Part shown: positions 34,266-46,139 of the stretch, piece after piece
How the letters are laid out: each line of letters opens with the position of its first letter
Position numbering within the stretch: the first letter of the stretch is position 1
Notes under the pieces: generated by a model
What the model was told of the DNA's origin: nothing
Database searches by the model: none
Seen by the model: only the letters and a program-made list of their open reading frames with translations
Assembly: GCA_965603825.1 (NCBI GenBank)
Contig: CBFDEM010000039.1
Coordinates: forward strand, 1 to 64,000
Length of the DNA stretch: 64,000 bases
Source of the DNA: Blepharisma stoltei ATCC 30299
Lineage: Eukaryota > Protista > Ciliophora
Reading direction: 5' to 3'
Made by a program: the position numbers and the translations under genes

Positions 34266-37200
34266 CTAAAAACAGTTTGGAGGGGTTCTGTCTCCAGGTG
34301 AAACTGCCCGCTTTATAGGAGACTCGATTTTGGATCGTATGCTGAGAGGGGAGTTCAAAAACAACGAATTCAGCTGTGAATTTTCTGACATATCTGTAGC
34401 CAGTGTAGATAATTTAAGTTCCTGCAAGGTTTTTAGCTGTATCTCAGCTTTATTTATCCCTTTTATACCAATTGACTCTTGCAGCTCCATATACCTCGTT
34501 GCTCATTCTCCTAGGACTTCATTAAGCTTAATTACTTCTAATTGTTTTCTGATCAGCTCTTTTTCACAGTTTTCTTTTAAATCATAGAAAAACGCTTGCC
34601 ATCTTTCTCTCTCGGCTTTTTGGGCGGAAAAAATATCATTCTCCAGCTTCTCGATCATTTCTTGGTACAGCTTTGTCTGCTTTCTGAGCTCTTCGTTGCC
34701 TTTTTTCAGCTGGAAGTTATACATCTGCTGCAAATGGAAATTAGTTTCCAGTGCTTTGTACCTCATATAGAACTCAGAAGTTTCTACAGAAGGAGGATCC
34801 ACCCACGATCCGTGAACACCTACAATTGAATGTGAATCTGAAGATTTCACACTTGGCTCTTGCTTAAATTCTGTGTCTTGTCCTTTAGACTTTTCCTGTG
34901 ACTTTTTACTTGTAAAAGATTTTATTAAGTGACCTTTATTTTGACCGGTGGAGTCAGAACTATTGCGTCTTTTTGGTTTTTTATCAATTTGCTCATAGAG
35001 TTTTATCATGTGTTGATAAGATTCATGCAAATGGTCAAGCATTGATTCTAATGATTTTATTTCTTCTGACTGAAATCTGCAGAGGTTTCTTTTGATTTCA
35101 TATTTGTAGTTCACCAAATTAAGCTTCCAGTTAAGCCCTTGCATACAGCGGGTCATATTTGCGTTGAAAATGCCAGCTTCAATGACTTGGTTTCTTAATT
35201 GGAAAACAGTGATGTCTTTTGATAACTCTGCGTTGGACTCTAAGGCTTTTTGCAGTTCTTTTGCATAGGCACTGGTGTTTATCAAGCTATGAGGCTCAAT
35301 TGTGATACTTCTGGTCGTTAAATCGAGCTCAAAAGTGTTAGTGGCATCACAGCAAGGGTCAACAGAAACTTCATCGACTTCTGTGATAACTGGAAACTCC
35401 TGGCCGGTCATTTCTGAGCGCTCATCAAACTCAACGCACGTCAGATCGATGGTCTTAGTCTGACTCTCTACAAAAGCTTTGAATTTTGAGTCAATTTCGT
35501 TCAGGGACTTGGTAAGACGCTTAATTTGCCTATTTAGGCTTTCGTTTTGTCTTTTCAATAGCCTGTTTTCAGATGATTCTTTATTGATCAATAATGCAGT
35601 TCTATGGTAATTTTCATAGTACTCGTGAGACTGTTGCTCTAATTTAAGTCTTTTCTCTTTAGAAGAGGCTAATTTTGCTTCAAGATTTCTGACTGTTTCA
35701 GTCAAGATTTGGTTTTCTTCTTCTAAAGATTGTGATTTTTTCTGTAACCTATCTATAGCTCTTTCTAGATCTTCTTGCATATTGTCTCTATGCTGGCAGT
35801 AGCTGACAGACTCTAGCTCATATTCAAGCCCTGATCTATCAAGGCTGCTTCCATAGGAAGAAGCTAAAGAGTCTACTTCATAAATAGAATTATTGCCTCC
35901 TTCAAGCTCTTCAATAGGATCTCCAAGGCAGGTAAATATTTTTAGATCGTTTTGGAATCTTTTCATTGTTGATGATAAAGAACTGCTACCTGAGCCTGGG
36001 AAGGAAAGCCTTGGGAGAGGTGAATTTGATATAGAGCTGCTTAAAGAACTCCCAGGCTCTGTAAGCAGCCTTTCTTCTTTGAGAAGCAAAATTTCAGATT
36101 TCGCATTTGTGAGCTCAGCTCTTAGCTGCTCAATTAGCTTAATGTAATTTTCTGGGGAATTTTTGATGTTAATTTTCACGTTATTTTTTATTGACTTGGC
36201 CCTAATCGCGAATTTCATGGTGTTTATTGTTTCTTCTATATATTTATTGGAAGGAGAACAAGCTACTATTAAATTCGTTTTATAGTTCCCTCCCAAAGAC
36301 TCTTGCAAAATCCTTGTCAGCTTTGAATCTCTATAAGGAATATGATCATTATTTAGTACTAATGCATGAATCACATTTCCTAACGCAGATAGCGACAAAT
36401 TAATTTTTTTGGCCTCTTCCATATTGTTTCCGGTAACTCCGGAATGATTTACCTTTTCGCTCCCTGCCAAATCAACTAAATTTAAAATCCCTCTTTTTTC
36501 TGAATCATTCGGCAATTTTTGCAAAACTTCCAGTACAAACATCATATGGGATCTACTGGATGTTTTGTTCAGCTTTGTAGACGCCACCGTTCTCATCGTC
36601 TCCCCTAGTGCTAATAGGTCAAGTAACCCTTTTTCTGAGGTCACACAAACCTGGTTAAGCCCTTGCACATATATTCCTCGCCTTGGGCATTCTTTTATGC
36701 TGAGACTTTTGGTTACGTTATCTAAAAGATCTTTAATTGTTTCTTTATAAATTTCTAGCATTGAGCATTTTAATGTGTACTCGATTTCTCCGTTATCTTG
36801 CCTTACGAATTCAAAAATCTGGCTAGCAGCTCGAGGGATGATGCCTCGGAATTCTTCGTCATAAAAATCGTAGCCCATCATAGTGTAAGTTTTGCCAGAG
36901 CCAGTTTGCCCATATGCAAAAATCGTCCCATTGTAGCCATCAAGGACGTCTTCTATTGTAGGTCTTCCTATGAATTCGTAGACCTCAGACTGGTGCGAAT
37001 TTGGGTCAAAAATTCGGTCAAGTTTAAAAGTTTCCATTTCTTTTCCATATGGAATTCCAACAGTTTTCTCGTCTATGAAAGAAATAATTTCTTGAACGCC
37101 TGGAAGGACCTAAATAAGACATACGATTTCGAAGTCTACGAGTGGCCGAAATCTGCCAACAACTTTAACATTGCTAGAACGTGAAAAAGGCAATTGAGTG

Positions 37201-37316
37201 ACTGAGCTTGTGGAATCGTGCCTTTTTGAGTCACGTCGAAATGGTGCTGTGGAGTCACGCCGCTGGGGAAACATCGTGTGGCTTCTGAGAAGGCTTCTTT
37301 CTTTGTGCGATGACAT
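34266..37316 (-). CDS. Kinesin (kinesin-1-like N-terminal motor + coiled coil), ~1011 aa; intron 37110-37124
   Basis: NVKVVGRFRP, YGQTGSGKT, SSRSH, LVDLAGSE and HIPYRDSKLT motifs. TGA at 34503 read as Trp links to the last ORF. Intron GTATGTCTTATTTAG. Confidence 0.93.
37110..37124 (-). other. 15-nt intron GTATGTCTTATTTAG
   Basis: Restores the kinesin motor N-terminus. Confidence 0.92.
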
Positions 37317-37572
37317 TATGTTTATGGGAAAAGATATTTATGAGCTTAAAATAAAGAAAAGATGAAAATCAATGGTAGATACTTTTCACTGTACTTTTAA
37401 GCTCTGCTTCACTGGCTGCATATAAATTTGTGTATGAAATTGATAGTATTCACAGATTAATTTTTGAATGATTTTTAAGAAAAATCCAAAAATAAATATT
37501 TTGAGAAAATGTATTAGCTGATTAAGGTAAATATATTTTATATAATTAACTTAGCACTACACTTATTATGAA

Positions 37573-40560
37573 TTAAAAAAACTGGGGTGGCGTCTTATCC
37601 CCAGGCAAAACATCACGCCTTATTGGTGGCCCAGGACTTGCCCTTCTATTGCTATTCAAAGGCGAATTCTGGAACAGCACTTTCATATATGCCCCATTGT
37701 CAGGGATATTTAAAGTTGATTTTGGCGTCACATCATCTCCTTGTTTAAATATCATATTTAATTTCTTTGGTCTATTTCCATATGAATCTTGAAGCTCCAT
37801 ATACCTCGTTGTTCATTCCCCTAAAACATTATTCAGCTTGGCAATTTCCAGCTGCTTTCTAACTAGCTCTTTTTCACAATTTTCTTTCATTTCACTGAAA
37901 AATGACTTTCACCTTTCTCTTTCAGTTTTCTGCGCTTTAAATATATCACATTCTAATTTTTCTAGCAATTTTTGGTACTGCAAGGCTTGGTTTTTCAATT
38001 CTTGGTTACTTTTTTTTAGCTGGGCATTATAAAGCTGCTGGAGATTATAGCTTGTTTCTAAGGCTTTATATTTCATAAGGAAAATTCCTGAGTCTGCAGA
38101 ATCATTTTCAATAAAAGACCCGGGGCAAGAAATGAATTGTGACTCAGAAGACTTCATTACAAATTCTTGTTGGGATTTAACTATCTGCATATTATTCTTC
38201 AATAGGTTGCTTGTAAACGATCTGATAAAGCGGACCCTAGGAGTAGTTGTTGATTCATTAATTAATATTCTCCTCGGTCCTTGGTCAATTTGCTCTTGCA
38301 GTTTTACTATTTTTTGGTATGACTCATGCAAGTTGTCAATCATTGCTTCAAGTGAACTAATTTGTTCGCATTGATTTTTACAAAGGTTTCTTTTCAGCTT
38401 GTATTTTTGATTAACTAAATTCAATTTTCAGTCAAGTCCATTCATGATTCTTGTGATATTAGAGTTGCAAATTCCTGCTTGGATCACTTGATTTCTAAGC
38501 TGGTAAATGGTGATATCTTTGCTTAGCTCAGCGTTGTATTCTAAGGCGTTTTTAAGTTCTTGGGCATAAATACTAGTGTTGACAAGACTTTGGGGATCAA
38601 TAAAAAGCCTTTTGGGTGATAGGCACAGCTCAAAGTCGCCACTGAGGTCTAATTCAGTGTTATGGCTTTCGTTAGGAATTTCCTTTTCATGGATCTCTGA
38701 TTTGTCTTCAAATTCAACAAATGTGATGTCTCCTTCAAGCTTTGAGTGGTTTTCTATAAAGGCTTTATAGCTCAGGTCTAGCTCTTTTAATGCGTTTGTA
38801 AGTCGCCTGACTTGTTTGTTAAGTGCATCGTTTTGCTTCAATAACAATGAGTTTTTTGAGGATTCTTTATTAATTTGCAAAGTAATTTTGTGTAAAGATT
38901 CATAATAATCGTGAGCTTTTTGCTCAATTTTGAGCCGCTTAGCTTTAGATGAGCATATTTTTGCCTCTAAGCGCTTAATTTTATCATTGAGGGCTTTATT
39001 TTCTTCTTCTAGAAATTCACATCTTTTCTTGGTAGTTTCTAAATCCTCCCCAAGGCCGTCTCTCTCAGTGTTTCTCCCATCATTAGTTTCTCTATCAGTT
39101 AATTTCCCATCATTTTCAGACTCCAAAGAAGTCTTTTCACTGGTGTTATTAAAAGAGAGGGCTAATGAAGACTCAAAAATCGAACTTTTTTCTTTATTTT
39201 CGTCTAAAATATTATCAATTCCTGATAAGATGCTGGAATACTGCCTTGAATTTTTTGGGCGATCTTTTTTGGCAGACATGGTTGCTCTGAGGTTTTTTGA
39301 GAGAAATAAAGAGTTGTTTAAAGACTGGTTCATTGAGTAGTCACGTACGGTCAACGCTTTTTCTTCTTTTAGCAGAGATATTTCTGATTTAGCATTAGAA
39401 AGCTCAGTCCGCAGCTGCTGGATTATTTTCATGTAGTTTTCTGGGGAGTTTTTTATGTTTATTTTCGCTTTGTTTTTTACTGCTTTTGCTCTAATGGCAA
39501 ATTTTAATGTATTTAAAGTCTCTTCAATTGATTTTGAGAACGAGGAGCAGGCTACGATTAAGCTTGTTTTGTAGTTCCCTCCCAGGGACTCTTGTAAAAG
39601 TCGAGTTAGTTTTGAGTCTCTATAAGGAATATGATCACTATTAGACACTAATGCATGTATCACATTTCCCAACGCTGACAGTGAAAAGTTAATTTTTTTG
39701 GTTTCTTCCAAATTATTCCCAGTCACGCCTGAGTTGCTAACTTTTTCGCTTCCCGCTAAGTCCACCAAATTTAAAATTCCTCTTTTTTCTGAGTCATTTG
39801 GAAGTTTCTGTAGCACTTCCAACATAAAAATCATATGAGATCTTGATGAAGCCTTATTCAGCTTTGTCGACGCAACAGTTCTCATGGTCTCCCCCAGGGT
39901 CAATACATCTAAGATGTCTTTTTCACTTGCAATGCAGACCTCGTTCAGCCCTTGCACATAAATGCCTCTTCTTGGACACTCCTTAATACTTAGTGCTCTA
40001 TTATCAGGGTCAAGTAGATCCCTTATGGTTTCCTTATAAATTTCCAGCATGGAGCATCTTAACGTATATTCGATTTCTCCACTATCTTGTTTAACAGATT
40101 CGAAAATCTGGCTTGCAGCCCTTGGAATGATGCCTTTGGCTTCTTCATCGTATATATCAAAGCCCATCATTGTATAAGTTTTCCCTGAACCGGTCTGCCC
40201 GTATGCAAAAATCGTCCCATTGTAGCCATCAAGTACATCTTGGATTGTCTGGCGTCCTATAAAATCGAAAATTTCAGCTTGCTTTGAGTTTGGATCAAAA
40301 ATCCTGTCAAGAGTGAACGTTTCCATTTCTTTTCCACAGGAAATCCCGATTGTCCTGGAATTAATAAACGAGACAATTTCTTCATTATCAGAAAAAGCCT
40401 ATGTGATTTTTACAGTTTCGAAGTCTATTAGCGGCCTAAATCGAGCTAGGACTTTAATATTGCTTGCTCTCGGACTTAGCAGCTGAGACGAAGAATTTAT
40501 AAGTGATGGTCGTTCACATACACTACTTTTGCTTCTTTGGGTTTTACTTCTTTCTTTCAT
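37573..40560 (-). CDS. Kinesin, tandem paralog, ~990 aa; intron 40399-40413
   Basis: Same motor motifs. TGA at 38428 and 37909 align with TGG-Trp of the paralog. Intron GTAAAAATCACATAG is at the same position. Confidence 0.93.
40399..40413 (-). other. 15-nt intron GTAAAAATCACATAG
   Basis: Same position as in the kinesin paralog. Confidence 0.92.
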
Positions 40561-40800
40561 TAAACAATTATGTATTTTAAACAATTTTGAGTAAAATTGT
40601 AAGCTAAATTTTATATAAAGCTAGATTTTTCAACTGATAAATAAAGGAGCAGTTTCCTTTTAATTTTGAATTACCGTTGGCGGCAAAGAATTATTAATGC
40701 TAGAGTTCTCATCAAAATTCAAAAAATAAAAAAAGCGAATGGAGCAAGACTTATTTATTCACAAAAAATTTATTTATGTTAATTTACTTTTGAATTATGT

Positions 40801-41424
40801 TTAGCTCTCAATCGTTAACTTAATGTTTTTGGTTAAGAGGTCAAGAGCTACTTTATTTTCTGCTCCTCTTGGGACAATGATGTCAGCGTGCTTCATCATT
40901 GGGCTTATGAATTCATCAAAAGCCGGCTTGACAAATCTTCTGTACTGGTTTATGACTGAAAGCACGTCTCTTCCTCGGTATTGTGTATCTCGCAGAATCC
41001 TGCGTGCTAAACACTCATCAGAATCAGTGTGGACGAAGATCTTCAAGTCCATCATGTCTCTGATCTTTGGATCATACAACGCCATAATCCCTTCCAAGAT
41101 TATGACTCTGGTTGGCTTGGCAGCAATGGGGGTATCTGACCGTCTATTATTGACGTAGTCATATACAGGGATATTAACTTCCTCTCCATTCAGAAGCTTG
41201 GACAGGCAGTGTTGCATTTCCTCGAAGTCAAATGCATCTGGGTGGTCCCAGTTATAATTGTGTAAGTTCTGAAGGTCGCTTTGGGAAAGCTCCTTATAGA
41301 AGCAATCGGAGCTTATCAATGTACAGTCCCCGCTGTCAATGGCTTCCTGGATCTTATGGCTTATAGAAGTTTTGCCGCTGGCTGAACCTCCACCAACTCC
41401 AATTAGATATGAACCAGAAGACAT
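40801..41424 (-). CDS. UCK: Uridine-cytidine kinase
   Basis: GVGGGSASGKT P-loop, DHPDAFD, VIILEGI, LARRILRD and ADIIVPRG. Confidence 0.93.
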   Translation of the reverse strand: MSSGSYLIGVGGGSASGKTSISHKIQEAIDSGDCTLISSDCFYKELSQSDLQNLHNYNWDHPDAFDFEEMQHCLSKLLNGEEVNIPVYDYVNNRRSDTPIAAKPTRVIILEGIMALYDPKIRDMMDLKIFVHTDSDECLARRILRDTQYRGRDVLSVINQYRRFVKPAFDEFISPMMKHADIIVPRGAENKVALDLLTKNIKLTIES

Positions 41425-41515
41425 ATTTATGTCACAGCTTTTAAAAATCTTAATATTTAGGACGATTTAGCAATTTCTCCTCCTTAACTATAAAAATCAC
41501 GCACCATTTTAAATA

Positions 41516-42781
41516 ATGATAAAGAGAGTCGGAAACTACGCCCTTGGCAAAACCTTAGGGGAAGGCAGCTATGGAAAGTAACTTTCACTCAGAGTGAGGC
41601 TTGCAGAACACACAGAGACCGGCGAGCAGTTCGCTATTAAGATTCTGGACAAGGTCAAAATAAAGCAAGATAATTTGATAGAAAATTTAAGGCAAGAAAT
41701 ACATATCATGAAGCATATCCGGCATCCGAATATAGTCAAGCTCTATGAGGTCCTGTCGTCTCATTCCAAAATCTACTTGGTCTTGGAATTGGTCACTGGT
41801 GGAGAGCTGTTTATGAAGATCAGAGAAAATGGTCCGATGCCTGAAGAAGAAGCTAGGTATTATTTCCAGCAGATTATCTCAGCAATTTCGTTCTGCGAAA
41901 CTCATAATATAGCACACAGAGACCTCAAGCTTGAAAACGTCCTGCTTGACAGCGAAGGGACTGTAAAAATCAGCGACTTCGGCCTGTCAGGGCTTTTTAA
42001 ATTTGATAGCGTTAATATAGGGCTAATGCACACAACTTGTGGAACTGTAAACTATTTGGCACCTGAAGTGTTTGGAAATCAAGGATATGATGGGAATTGT
42101 GCTGATATGTGGTCGTGTGGGGTGATTTTATATGCGTTACTTTCGGGAACCTTGCCTTTTGAAGAAGAATCGATATCAAAGTTAATAGAAAAAATTGTAT
42201 CTGCTGACTATGAAATGCCAGAAAATATATCAAGCTCAGCTAGAGAGCTGATTTCTTCGATTTTGAACCCAGATCCCAGGTCAAGACTCAGTATTAGGAA
42301 GCTGAAACGACACCCCTGGTTTGTGGTGAACTACGAAGAGCCAGAAGGAATATTTGAAGACCCAGAACACAACCATGAAGACATGCCAGAACTCTATCGA
42401 CAAACGTCAGAAGTCCCTAGGGTGATGAACGCTTTTGAGATGCTTAACTATTTCGCTGGGAGCGCTATGAATAAGCTATTTGACCCTGAAGAATCAGAAC
42501 AGACACATTTTATTACAAATGCAGACCCTGCTGTCACTGAAAGAGCAGTCAGGAAAGCAATGAAAAATGCGAGCATGAAGCCAAGGAAAGGAGAAAAGGT
42601 TTATAAAGTGATTTATGATAGTAAGGACTCTCCATCATTAGCAATTGAGGTAGAAATCCTTGAGATCTTGCAGGATAAATATTTAGTTATTTTTACAAGA
42701 CAGATAGGAGGAATTGCGTCGTTTAAAAGGATTTTCCATGCAGTTTTAGAAGAGCTGTCAAGTTTTATATCTAATTCATAA
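41516..42781 (+). CDS. SNF1-related kinase with NAF motif (CIPK/SnRK3-like), 416 aa; intron 41578-41592
   Basis: Spliced N-terminus MIKRVGNYALGKTLGEGSYGKVRLA. Motifs HRDLKLEN and HTTCGTVNYLAPE, with C-terminal PRVMNAFEML. Confidence 0.9.
41578..41592 (+). other. 15-nt intron GTAACTTTCACTCAG
   Basis: Restores the GEGSYGKV glycine loop. Confidence 0.95.
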
Positions 42782-42885
42782 CTGGTAAAAGAATTATTAA
42801 GCTAATTTTTTACTGAAACTCTTAAGAAACCAATAGAAAATTTTTAAAGAATTAAAAGCCATGCTTATAATAATAGTGTATTAGT

Positions 42886-44784
42886 TTATTTACGTGAATT
42901 AACAGCTCTTCTCCATAGGAGTAAATATGCAACCACTCTGTAAGCGAATAAGAGAATACAGAGATATAAAACACATACTCCAATGCTGTTTGTGAAGTCT
43001 AAGTCTCGCAAAGGATCGCATTTCCTACAGTCTGTGCAGTGTTGGCAGTCCATCCCAAGGTCGTTGTATTCATTTGCACAAAGCGCCTCTACTGCCCATC
43101 TCATACAAGATATGTACTGTATCCACGAAAATCCTTGTGGGTAGTGATTAACACTTGGGAATAATCCAGAGTAGAGCATCATTGGTTGAAGGAAGACTGG
43201 AACAATTGCAAGGGCAACAGTTTCTGTTTTTACTAGAGAGCCTACTATATATCCCATTCCAATTGAAGAAATTTGCAATAGAACAAGGACAAAATAAAAA
43301 ATAAAAAACTTGCTTGCATCATAATCATTGAAAGGAATTACCCAGTATATCATTAGACAGTAAACTAAAAGTGGAAGAAATTGCATTGGAAGGTCAGCAA
43401 TTGATTTAGAGAGGTAGTAAGAAATTGTGGAATAAATCCTTTGCTTGCTTTCTTTGAGGAATAAAGGAGTTTCGCTTGGAAATTGCATGGCTGCGTTTTG
43501 GCAGGAGAAAAAAGCTACTGTTGACATAGAAAGAAAGAGGAGTTGAGTTCTTGTTGTGGAAGAGTCGTAGTTTTTGGCTAAGTTATTGCAGATCAAGTCA
43601 ACTAAGACTGCAACCATAATGTACTCAATGAATAAAAGACGGCCGGAAAGTGGGTCTCTTCTTGCATTAATCCAGGCTCTCCTAAAGAGCAATATAAACT
43701 GCTCAGCAAAGTTAGCAGAGATCTCTAAGTGCTTGTTTTTTAAAGGCTCAAGTTTTGTGCTGTCGAAAGTATCATCTTCCATCTCTATTGAGTTATAAGA
43801 AGAAACCAAATTTTCAATTTTGTCATGTTCTTCCTCTGTTGGATGTTTTCTGTCTACTACATGAAGAAGCCTCATGTAATAGTCAGCTGGGTTCATAAGT
43901 TTTGGACACTCATACCCGATTTTCGCAAAATATTTGGTCGAATCTCTTGCTTTTCCTTGATAAACAAGATGGCCTTCTGCTAATAAAACTAACCTATCAA
44001 ATTTATCAAAAATGCTGGTGCTTGGCTGATGGATAGTCGACATCACAGTTCTGCCTTTTCTAGCTTGTTCTATCAATAAATCAACAACTACTTCAGCTGT
44101 AAAGCTATCAAGTCCTGATGTCGGCTCATCTAACAAAAGTACAATTGGATCTGTAATCAATTCCATCCCAATGCAAACCCTTTTTCTTTCACCTCCTGAA
44201 AGTCCTTTTTTAGTGATGCTTCCAATGACATTATCAGCACACTTCATCAATCTGAGGTCTTGAATGATCCCGTTAACCCTATCTACATGCTCTTGGTAAG
44301 TGCCAGGCATTCTGAGTCTTGACGAAAAGGTTAAAGACTCTCTAGGGGTAAGATTAGGTAGCAAAATATCTTCCTGAGTTACATAGGCTGAATAATACCC
44401 GAAATCTATGTCTTTAATATTGGTCCCGTTGGCTGTGATTTTTCCAATGATTTTGGCATTATTGTTGCTTTTTACTCTGCCTGCCAAGATATTAAGGAGT
44501 GTAGTTTTTCCAGCACCTGAAGATCCCATTAGGACTAAAAGTTCTCCAGGGTTGGCTTTTCCTGAGATTCCTTTGAGAATCTGGGTTTCCTCACCATCCT
44601 TCTCTATAACGTAGCTGATGTTGTTCCATGCCAATTGGACTTTGGTTCTATTGTCGTGAGAAGCCTCAGGAACTTGATCTACCATATCGTTTGAGGGTAG
44701 GATGCTTGGGTCGTCAGCCCTTAGTGAAATTACTTCAATTTCTTGATCGTCGTCTCTCTTGGAGAAATTTTCTGGAGTTATCAT
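42886..44784 (-). CDS. ABCG (White-family) half transporter
   Basis: GSSGAGKT, LSGGERKR, LDEPTSGLD and STIHQP, followed by six TM helices. Confidence 0.95.
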   Translation of the reverse strand: MITPENFSKRDDDQEIEVISLRADDPSILPSNDMVDQVPEASHDNRTKVQLAWNNISYVIEKDGEETQILKGISGKANPGELLVLMGSSGAGKTTLLNILAGRVKSNNNAKIIGKITANGTNIKDIDFGYYSAYVTQEDILLPNLTPRESLTFSSRLRMPGTYQEHVDRVNGIIQDLRLMKCADNVIGSITKKGLSGGERKRVCIGMELITDPIVLLLDEPTSGLDSFTAEVVVDLLIEQARKGRTVMSTIHQPSTSIFDKFDRLVLLAEGHLVYQGKARDSTKYFAKIGYECPKLMNPADYYMRLLHVVDRKHPTEEEHDKIENLVSSYNSIEMEDDTFDSTKLEPLKNKHLEISANFAEQFILLFRRAWINARRDPLSGRLLFIEYIMVAVLVDLICNNLAKNYDSSTTRTQLLFLSMSTVAFFSCQNAAMQFPSETPLFLKESKQRIYSTISYYLSKSIADLPMQFLPLLVYCLMIYWVIPFNDYDASKFFIFYFVLVLLQISSIGMGYIVGSLVKTETVALAIVPVFLQPMMLYSGLFPSVNHYPQGFSWIQYISCMRWAVEALCANEYNDLGMDCQHCTDCRKCDPLRDLDFTNSIGVCVLYLCILLFAYRVVAYLLLWRRAVNSRK

Positions 44785-46139
44785 TTTATGTTTATATGGT
44801 AATATGGCTGGTCGAAAATAAGTGTTATAGAAGTAAGTTAAATTTTTTATACAGAGAGAATTAGCTTAAAATATCAAGTATTATAGACAGCTAAGGACTT
44901 ACTAAAGCTTCGGAAGATTTTTTTATTTATTATGAGATTTTGAAGACCATCTTAGTTTTTTGGCTAAAGTGGGAATTGTGATAGAAACTTTTAATAAATT
45001 TCAAGATTTAGATAAGGTTAAATTAATTATTGGTAGGTTTTGATTAAGGAAGAAAACGGCTGGTTAGATTTTGAATTTCATGATTTGAACTTTTTGTAAA
45101 GGGAGATAAAAAGCATTTGCCATAGTGCCATTTATCGGTTGTTTTTTTTTGGCATCAGTAACTAAAATTCTATGAGATTTTTAAAGAAACTGAATCGAGA
45201 ACTGAATTTTTTTAAAAGAAATGCACATTTCAAATTAAAATAAGCCTTCTTTCAATTTAAAAATTTTTAAAATTTTATTAAGAAGATTGTTGATGGTTTA
45301 GTAGTCTGCTGCTTTAGTTTTCGATTTCTCCTATTAAGAACTAATAATTTTTCAGAATTCATTGAAAATTTCTTCTCCGAGAATTTAATCCATTTTCATT
45401 GGAACACATCAGAAAAATAGACTTCACCATATTTTGCAATTAAGCTAAATTGACATTTAAAGCGAGATTAAGATATAAATTATTTGGAAAAGCTGGCAAT
45501 TTACTTTTATGAATTTTCATTATTAGATTCAGATTGAAAAACTCTGATTTGAATAGTTAAATTTTAACGCCTTAGCAACTTCCACAAAAACAAAGATTCC
45601 CCAAAAAACACTCTAATGAATCCGATTCTTACTTTCCATTGCAATCCCATGCTGCTGCTAAAATGTTTTTGATTTTCAATAAATCACCACATGCACAATC
45701 TCGTCCAAGGTGTGTCACTAAAAATCATGAACTCCACAAGATCAGCAGAATTTTATTTTCAACTTCAAAAAATTCATAAAAAGCTCCTGTAAATTCTCAA
45801 TTTCACTTCATCGATCTCCAACACTCATAACGTCCCACACAGATTTCATGCTGCAAAAGTTTGTTCCGCACAGGTGCTAGAGATTTGCTTTTTATGTATG
45901 CTTTGAGCAAGAAGAAAGCTAATTCATGTAATTTTTATTACAAGAGATATTTATATTTTAAAATTAATAAAAATTAAGCTAATAGAAAATAAATATATTG
46001 CAAATCAAATGAAATAGAAACTCTTATATGATAAATAAATCAAAATATCTAATCAATTTATTAAATACACATGAATTTTATAATGGTTTATTAATTTAAA
46101 CATAGAATAGCTTAAAGCTATACTATAAATACCCACGAA

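Noticed and set aside
45570-45930. ~105-codon minus-strand open frame between the ABCG genes
   Set aside because: No suitable start, no recognisable homology and no terminal repeats.
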